Below, one piece after another: positions 58,248 to 64,000 of a stretch of 64,000 nucleotides of DNA. How positions within the stretch are numbered: position 1 is the first letter of the stretch; every line of letters starts with the position of its first letter. The DNA lies in assembly GCA_964629685.1 (NCBI GenBank), contig CAZVTT010000001.1:319796-383795 (forward strand), given 5' to 3'. The translations under genes were made by a program, and so were the position numbers. The notes beneath the pieces are model-generated. The model worked only from the letters and a program-made list of their open reading frames with translations, made no database searches and had not been told where the DNA came from. The stretch comes from an uncultured Gammaproteobacteria bacterium. GTDB lineage: Bacteria > Patescibacteriota > Microgenomatia > UBA10105 > UBA927.

Positions 58248-60431
58248 ATGAACATTATTACCAAAACCAAAGAAGTAGGTGGTCGTACCCTTAGTCTTGA
58301 AATAGGCAGATTTGCAGAGCAGGCAGGAGCGGCCGTCCTTGCGCGTTATGGTGACACCATGGTACTTTCTACCGTGACTGCGTCATCGAAAGAATCTTCA
58401 TTAGATTATTTTCCGTTAAGCGTTGAATACGTCGAACGACTTTATGCAGGTGGACGAATTAAGGGTTCACGTTGGGTAAAACGCGAAGGTCGTCCTTCAG
58501 ACGATGCCATTCTGGCCGGAAGAGTAATTGACAGATCTATTCGTCCGCTATTCCCCAAGGGTTTTAAGCGAGATGTGCAGATTATTATTACCGTTCTTTC
58601 GGTTGATGGTGAAAACGATCCGGATGTTTTAGGATTGATCGCTACATCAGCAGCTATTTCTATTTCACCGGTTCCGTGGAAAGGCCCGATTAGTGGCGTC
58701 AGAATGGGATATGTGAAAGGACAGGAAGAAGGCAAAGCCGGCGGACTTGTCGTTAATCCTACATTAGCCCAACAGGAACAATCAGAATTCGATTTTGTGA
58801 TTGCTTCAAATAAAGATAAAGTCATCATGCTGGAAGGTGGTTTTTGTGAAACGCCGGAACCTATTGTTCTGGAAGCCATAGCAAAAGCAAAAGAAGAGAA
58901 TGCAGCTATTATTTCGTTGATAGAGGAATTTACGGCAGAAGTGGCTAAACCCAAACTTCCGGTACCGGAATCTACACCGCTTGACGAACTTAAAGCTAAA
59001 ATAAAGGCTGATTACAAAAAGGAAACTGAAGAATTATTTAAACGAAATGCACAAAAAGAAGGTGCGGCCGAAGGTATTACGGAATTAGTTAATATTATCG
59101 CCACAGCCTATGCCAATGCCTATACCAATAAAGACATTGCCGAAGCATTAGACAAGTTGTTTAAGGAAAAAGTCAGATATGACATTCTTGATCATAAGAA
59201 ACGAGTCGATGGTCGAAAACTTGACGAACTTCGGGAAATTAGCGTAGACGTTGGTATTCTTCCCAGAACCCACGGAAGTGCAATGTTTAAGCGTGGTCAA
59301 ACTCAAGCACTTACAGTGGCAACATTGGGAACGCCGTCACTGGAACAGCTCATTGAAAGTCCGGTCGGAGAAGAATCCAAGCGGTACATTCATCATTACA
59401 GCATGCCTCCTTATTCAGTCGGTGAAACCGGGAGAGTCGGTACGCCATCACGGCGGGAAATTGGACATGGTGCACTTGCAGAGAGAGCGTTGCTGGCTGT
59501 CATCCCTTCTGAAGAACATTTTCCGTATACTATTCGTTTAGTTAGCGAAATTATGTCCAGTAACGGATCTACATCAATGGCTTCAACTTGCGGATCTACT
59601 CTGGCTTTAATGGATGCCGGGGTTCCGATTAAGGAGCCTGTTGCAGGTATATCTATCGGTCTTATGACCCGTGGAGATGAATATACACTCCTTACGGATA
59701 TCATGGGGATTGAAGATTTCTCAGGCGATATGGATTTTAAAGTCGCAGGTACCAAAAACGGGATTACGGCAATTCAACTGGATATGAAAGTAGAGGGAAT
59801 ATCTGATGAAATCGTAACAGAGACTATGACGCGGGCGCACGATGCCAGACTGGTGATTCTGGAAAAAATGTTGGCATTAATTCCGGCACCACGTAAATCA
59901 TTATCGGTATATGCGCCGAAGGTCGAAGTAGTAAAAATCCCGCCGGAAAAGATTGGTGAGGTTATTGGTCCCGGAGGCAGAACTATTCGGGCAATTCAGG
60001 CTTCTACCGGTGCCACTCTGGATGTGGAAGATGACGGATCCGTCATGATTTCCGGTACGGATGAGGAATCAGTGAAAAAGGCTGTTACCTGGGTAGAAGG
60101 TATTACCCATGAAGTAACGGTGGGAGAAGAGTTTGAAGGTGAAGTAAAACGAATACTTCCTTTTGGAGCTTTTGTGGAAATTCTTCCAGGAAAAGAAGGA
60201 ATGGTTCATGTATCTCAGATGTCAACCGGATATGTAAATTCACCAAATGACGTAGTTTCTCTTGGAACTAAGGTGAAAGTACGGGTTATGGAAATTGATG
60301 ATCAGCATAGAATAAATCTTTCTATGTTATTCGGCGAAGATGCGACGAAGGCTCCTGCGCCACGTGAACGCAGAGATGACAGTAGAGGCGGGGGACCACG
60401 TCGTTTCGACCGGAATCGTAAACGATTCTAA
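58248..60431 (+). CDS. pnp: polyribonucleotide nucleotidyltransferase (PNPase)
   Basis: Two RNase PH domains, KH and S1 domains, and a C-terminal RG-rich tail. Confidence 0.95.
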   Translation: MNIITKTKEVGGRTLSLEIGRFAEQAGAAVLARYGDTMVLSTVTASSKESSLDYFPLSVEYVERLYAGGRIKGSRWVKREGRPSDDAILAGRVIDRSIRPLFPKGFKRDVQIIITVLSVDGENDPDVLGLIATSAAISISPVPWKGPISGVRMGYVKGQEEGKAGGLVVNPTLAQQEQSEFDFVIASNKDKVIMLEGGFCETPEPIVLEAIAKAKEENAAIISLIEEFTAEVAKPKLPVPESTPLDELKAKIKADYKKETEELFKRNAQKEGAAEGITELVNIIATAYANAYTNKDIAEALDKLFKEKVRYDILDHKKRVDGRKLDELREISVDVGILPRTHGSAMFKRGQTQALTVATLGTPSLEQLIESPVGEESKRYIHHYSMPPYSVGETGRVGTPSRREIGHGALAERALLAVIPSEEHFPYTIRLVSEIMSSNGSTSMASTCGSTLALMDAGVPIKEPVAGISIGLMTRGDEYTLLTDIMGIEDFSGDMDFKVAGTKNGITAIQLDMKVEGISDEIVTETMTRAHDARLVILEKMLALIPAPRKSLSVYAPKVEVVKIPPEKIGEVIGPGGRTIRAIQASTGATLDVEDDGSVMISGTDEESVKKAVTWVEGITHEVTVGEEFEGEVKRILPFGAFVEILPGKEGMVHVSQMSTGYVNSPNDVVSLGTKVKVRVMEIDDQHRINLSMLFGEDATKAPAPRERRDDSRGGGPRRFDRNRKRF

Positions 60432-60545
60432 ACATCTTCAGTAAAAGCCATAACCGGCACACTACGAATTAATTCCGCCTGGGAATTGGGATTGTGCTTG
60501 TTATCCGACTATCAGTTCTCGAACTTCTACGCTATCATAATAGCT

Positions 60546-61661
60546 ATGAGTAAGTTTTTGGATGAAATATTAAAGCTTCGGAAAACTATTGGAGAAACCC
60601 AATTACCTCCTGATTTAGAGTCTAGAGTGCTTGGCAATCTTGAAGAAGCTGTAAGACTGGAGAACGAAATTACCGCTCGGGTTCATATTGAACAAATGCT
60701 GCGCTATATCGATTGGGCTGTCAATCTTCCATGGAATGAGCGTACAACGGATATGCTCGATTTAGAGAAAGCCAAAGAAATATTGGGAAAAAATCATTAT
60801 GGTTTACAACCGGTAAAGGATAGGATTCTAGAATATCTTTCCGTATTAAAGCTTAATATAGATAGGTGGCATGCGGAATCGTCAGTAAATGTACAAGGTC
60901 ATTCGGCTGAAGTTGCCAGTGATGCGAAGCTGTCGCATGCGATGCTGGCACGGAGAGCTCCAATTCTTTGCTTAGTTGGTCTTGTAGGAACGGGAAAAAC
61001 CACTTTGGCAAAATCGATTGCTCAAGCTATGGGAAGGCGTTTTGTACGTATTCCCTTCGGTGGCATGAGTGACGCGTTGGATTTGCGCGGACAGTCAAGG
61101 GTCCGTCCGGATGCGGAAATTGGGTTAATTATGAAGGGTTTACGTTTTGCAGGGAGTAAGAATCCGGTTATTTTACTTGACGAAATTGATCGTGTAGCCG
61201 AGCATTCACGCGGTGATATTATGGGTGTCTTGGTAGAGTTATTGGATCCTGAGCAAAATGCAGCATTTACGGATCATTATCTAGATTATCCGTTTGATCT
61301 TTCTGAGGTATTATTTGTGGCTACGGCAAATAACACTGCCAATATTGCGACTGCCGTACTTGATCGTTTAGAACCAATTCAGATGCCTTCGTATACAGAT
61401 GAGGAAAAAACAACGATTGCGAAACAATATGTACTGCCTCAATTAATGAAAGAATCGGGGTTAACGCCAGAAAATTTATCTATTGCAGATGATATTTGGC
61501 CAAAATTAGTTCGTCCTCTGGGATATGACGCAGGTATTCGTAGTTTAGAGAGGACTATGAATAGTTTGTGCCGGAAAGTTGCCAGACAAATAGTAGAAGG
61601 AAAAGGAAAAAAATTTACCATTACTGCCGAAAATATAAAAGATTTCGTGCAGGTGTATTAA
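60546..61661 (+). CDS. Lon-type AAA+ ATPase module without N domain and without S16 protease domain
   Basis: Aligns to Lon from the helix preceding the AAA+ core (YIDWAVNLPWNERT, HYGLQPVKDRILEYL) through Walker A GLVGTGKTT, Walker B ILLDEIDRV, and the sensor/α-domain (LDRLEPIQMPSYTDEEK). The ORF ends ~20 aa after the AAA+ α-domain. Start placed at MSKFL; the ORF track starts 20 codons earlier. Confidence 0.7.
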   Translation: MSKFLDEILKLRKTIGETQLPPDLESRVLGNLEEAVRLENEITARVHIEQMLRYIDWAVNLPWNERTTDMLDLEKAKEILGKNHYGLQPVKDRILEYLSVLKLNIDRWHAESSVNVQGHSAEVASDAKLSHAMLARRAPILCLVGLVGTGKTTLAKSIAQAMGRRFVRIPFGGMSDALDLRGQSRVRPDAEIGLIMKGLRFAGSKNPVILLDEIDRVAEHSRGDIMGVLVELLDPEQNAAFTDHYLDYPFDLSEVLFVATANNTANIATAVLDRLEPIQMPSYTDEEKTTIAKQYVLPQLMKESGLTPENLSIADDIWPKLVRPLGYDAGIRSLERTMNSLCRKVARQIVEGKGKKFTITAENIKDFVQVY

Positions 61662-61770
61662 CGGGTATCCCGTGAAAATAGCCGCCAGGTTATTTATGAG
61701 ATAAGGAGAATGTATGCAAGTTCCACACACAGTTTATGAAGGTTCCTCCCGTTCTACGGGAAGGGAATCA

Positions 61771-63432
61771 ATGAGGATAATCGCGCTTGGAGGTTCGGGG
61801 AACGTCACGAAAAATATGTTTGTGTATGAGTACCGTATTGAAGGCGTGATAAAAGATATATTAATAGTCGATTGCGGAATAGGATTTCCTGACCCCGATA
61901 TGTTCGGAGTGGACTTGGTTATACCGGATGTCAGATATTTACAAAGCAAATTAGATAAAATTCGCGGTCTTGTGTTTACACACGGACATGATGATCATAT
62001 CGGTGCAATTCCGTATCTTTATCCTAAATTGGGTAAAGTTCCGATGTGGGGTACCAAACTTGCTGCGGCTTTCGCTAATCTTAAATTGCGAGAAGCGCAG
62101 ATTAAAACGCAAGTGAAGCCTGTCGATTTTGACGCTGAACTTCATATCGGGCCGTTTGTCGTTTCATTCGTGAGGGTTACCCATTCCATTCCGGATACAT
62201 CCCACGTAGTTATTCAAACACCTATGGGTATTTTTTACCACGGGAGTGATTTTAAGTTTGATTTTAGTCCGCTGGATGGAAAATTATCCGAATTAGATAA
62301 AATTACGGCACTCGGAAAAAAGGGCATCCTCTGTATGCTCACTGATTGCTTGGGTAGCGAACGCCCGGGGTTTACTCAGTCGGAACAAATAGTTGGAACG
62401 TCACTGGAAAAAGAATTAAGTATGTGTCCGGGGAAGCTTATTTTTACAACGCAATCCAGTAATATCTCCCGGGTGCAACTTGCGATAGAAATTGCATTGA
62501 AGCATGGGAGACAGATAGCATTTTTTGGCCGGAGCATGGATCAGAATATAGAAGAATCCGTCAAATTGGGGTATATGCGTTTTCCTCGGGAGGCAATAAT
62601 CAGGGATCAGGATTTACGTCGATTACCCGCAAGTAAACAGTTTCTTATCGTTGCCGGAGCTCAGGGGCAGCCTGATTCAGCATTATCCCGTATCGCAAAT
62701 GATGATCATCGGTTTGTACATATAGATGAAGGGGACACTGTTGTCTTTTCAGCAGATCCGATTCCGGGAAACGAAGGGAATGTTTCCGCAGTAATCGAAC
62801 AAGTTTACCGTCGGGGTGCAAGAGTCGCGTATTCGGATATAATGGAAGATCTTCATGTGTCCGGACATGGTAGCCAGGGAGATTTGATGTTGCTGCTTTC
62901 CGCCTTAGGTCCGAAATATATATATCCCATTGGGGGAACATATAGGCATATTATGCAATATAGGCGTTTATCCGAGGAATTGGGTTATCGCAAAAGCGAG
63001 GTATTAATTCCTGAAGATGGTGATGTTATTGAGTTTAAACCGGATACGGCGCCGGTCATTACCGAAACGATAGAGTTGGAGAATGTAATGGTGGACGGGT
63101 TGGGAGTTGGGGATGTAAGTCACGTAGTATTGCGCGATAGGCAGACGATCGCTACTGACGGCATTTTGGTAATAGTGATCCCAATGGAGAAACAGACGGG
63201 GAGAATTACGGCAGAGCCCGATATTATTTCCCGGGGATTTATTTATCTTAAAGAATCCGCGGAGCTGTTAGAGAAAATTAAACATACTGTTAATACATCG
63301 TTGCGACTGAAAAAAGGAAGAATAGTGGATTGGCAATTTGTGCGAAAACAGATAAGCGAAAACGTGGAGCGGATGATTTCTCAGGAACTGGGGCGGTATC
63401 CATTAATAGTTCCGGTGATAGTTGAAGTTTAA
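61771..63432 (+). CDS. rnj: ribonuclease J (metallo-beta-lactamase/beta-CASP)
   Basis: HGHDDHIGA motif, beta-CASP region and a C-terminal domain. Start placed at MRIIALGG; the ORF track begins 19 codons upstream. Confidence 0.85.
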   Translation: MRIIALGGSGNVTKNMFVYEYRIEGVIKDILIVDCGIGFPDPDMFGVDLVIPDVRYLQSKLDKIRGLVFTHGHDDHIGAIPYLYPKLGKVPMWGTKLAAAFANLKLREAQIKTQVKPVDFDAELHIGPFVVSFVRVTHSIPDTSHVVIQTPMGIFYHGSDFKFDFSPLDGKLSELDKITALGKKGILCMLTDCLGSERPGFTQSEQIVGTSLEKELSMCPGKLIFTTQSSNISRVQLAIEIALKHGRQIAFFGRSMDQNIEESVKLGYMRFPREAIIRDQDLRRLPASKQFLIVAGAQGQPDSALSRIANDDHRFVHIDEGDTVVFSADPIPGNEGNVSAVIEQVYRRGARVAYSDIMEDLHVSGHGSQGDLMLLLSALGPKYIYPIGGTYRHIMQYRRLSEELGYRKSEVLIPEDGDVIEFKPDTAPVITETIELENVMVDGLGVGDVSHVVLRDRQTIATDGILVIVIPMEKQTGRITAEPDIISRGFIYLKESAELLEKIKHTVNTSLRLKKGRIVDWQFVRKQISENVERMISQELGRYPLIVPVIVEV

Positions 63433-64000
63433 GCTTTCCGTTCAGCGCGTACTCTATCAACTTTTGTCAGGTGTTTTTTCCGTAAGCGCAGCGTCTGCGG
63501 AGTTACTTCCAATAGTTCGTCTTCTTCAATAAAATCGAGACATTGTTCCAAACTGAAGACAGTAGGTGGTTCAAGTACGATGCCCACTTCACCATTTGAA
63601 CGCACGTTTGTAAGTTTTTTCGATCGACAAACGTTAATATCAATATCTTCCATGCGGGTATTTATACCGACGATCATACCTTCGTATGTCGGGGTACCAG
63701 GTCCTACGAATGTTTTTCCGCGAGCTTGTGCAGTTTCCAAGGCATATGCTGTGGCCTTTCCCGATTCCGTAGAGATGAGAACCCCGTTTCTGAGCTTCGG
63801 TAACGGTGCCGACACGGCGAAATATCCGATGAATCTGGTAGCAAAAATACCATTTCCTCGGGTTTTTGTAAGAATATCACTTCTGAATCCTAATAGATTT
63901 CTACTGCTGATTTTATATACAGCTCGCGTAATGCCTTGTTCGCTGGTGTGTGTATCCAACAATTCTCCCCGTCGCTTCCCTAATTCTTCGGTAATTACCC
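63429..64000 (-). CDS. typA: translational GTPase TypA/BipA, C-terminal part (gene continues beyond window end)
   Basis: C-terminal domain with …LRLRKKHLTKVDRVRAERKA tail; the open frame continues to the window edge. Confidence 0.7.
   Translation of the reverse strand, partial: VITEELGKRRGELLDTHTSEQGITRAVYKISSRNLLGFRSDILTKTRGNGIFATRFIGYFAVSAPLPKLRNGVLISTESGKATAYALETAQARGKTFVGPGTPTYEGMIVGINTRMEDIDINVCRSKKLTNVRSNGEVGIVLEPPTVFSLEQCLDFIEEDELLEVTPQTLRLRKKHLTKVDRVRAERKA

Noticed and set aside
1-64000. tRNA, rRNA or CRISPR loci
   Set aside because: No cloverleaf-compatible segments, rRNA-like conserved stretches or repeat-spacer arrays were seen in any intergenic region. Intergenic space is minimal throughout.

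Overview
This is a compact, low-GC bacterial segment that is almost entirely coding. The gene content looks like a Gram-positive-type or CPR/Patescibacteria-like organism: FemAB peptidoglycan-bridge genes, type IV pilus PilN/PilO, MurJ, WecA-like, and a short IF-2 and HrcA. No rRNA, tRNA or CRISPR was found.

Housekeeping blocks:
- msrA, an RRM protein and a P-type ATPase near the start.
- tatD and metG.
- pcrA and tpiA.
- rpsT and murJ.
- The hrcA-grpE-dnaK-dnaJ operon with a CIRCE operator, then nusA-infB-nrnA-rpsO-pnp, rnj and a partial typA.

Accessory or unusual content:
1. A VKOR-domain::class-2-type dihydroorotate dehydrogenase fusion with a Cys catalytic base.
2. A pair of two-domain GH130 glycan phosphorylase/hydrolase-like genes next to a solute-binding-like protein.
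3. A polyprenyl-phosphate-sugar envelope glycosylation cluster (UbiA/DPPR-synthase-like, WecA-like GT4, GT-C, two GT2).
4. A putative copper/iron handling island: a PKD protein, a ferric-reductase-type heme membrane domain fused to two periplasmic metal-binding-like domains, a paralogous secreted protein, a YcnI/DUF1775 histidine-brace protein and a Fur-family regulator.
5. An rmuC plus UvrD-helicase::PD-(D/E)XK nuclease operon beside two tandem FemAB genes.
6. A cell-surface locus: pilN-pilO, a small membrane protein, an FN3 surface protein, and two essentially identical 1241-bp tandem gene copies encoding N-in membrane-anchored proteins with Cys-rich modules and TP linkers. These are followed by a third protein built of six Cx2-3Cx5DCx2GLxCSGGxCRNPSCT modules.
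7. A Lon AAA+-module-only protein lacking both the N domain and the S16 protease domain.
8. A 16-nt motif shared upstream of pnp and the lon-like gene.
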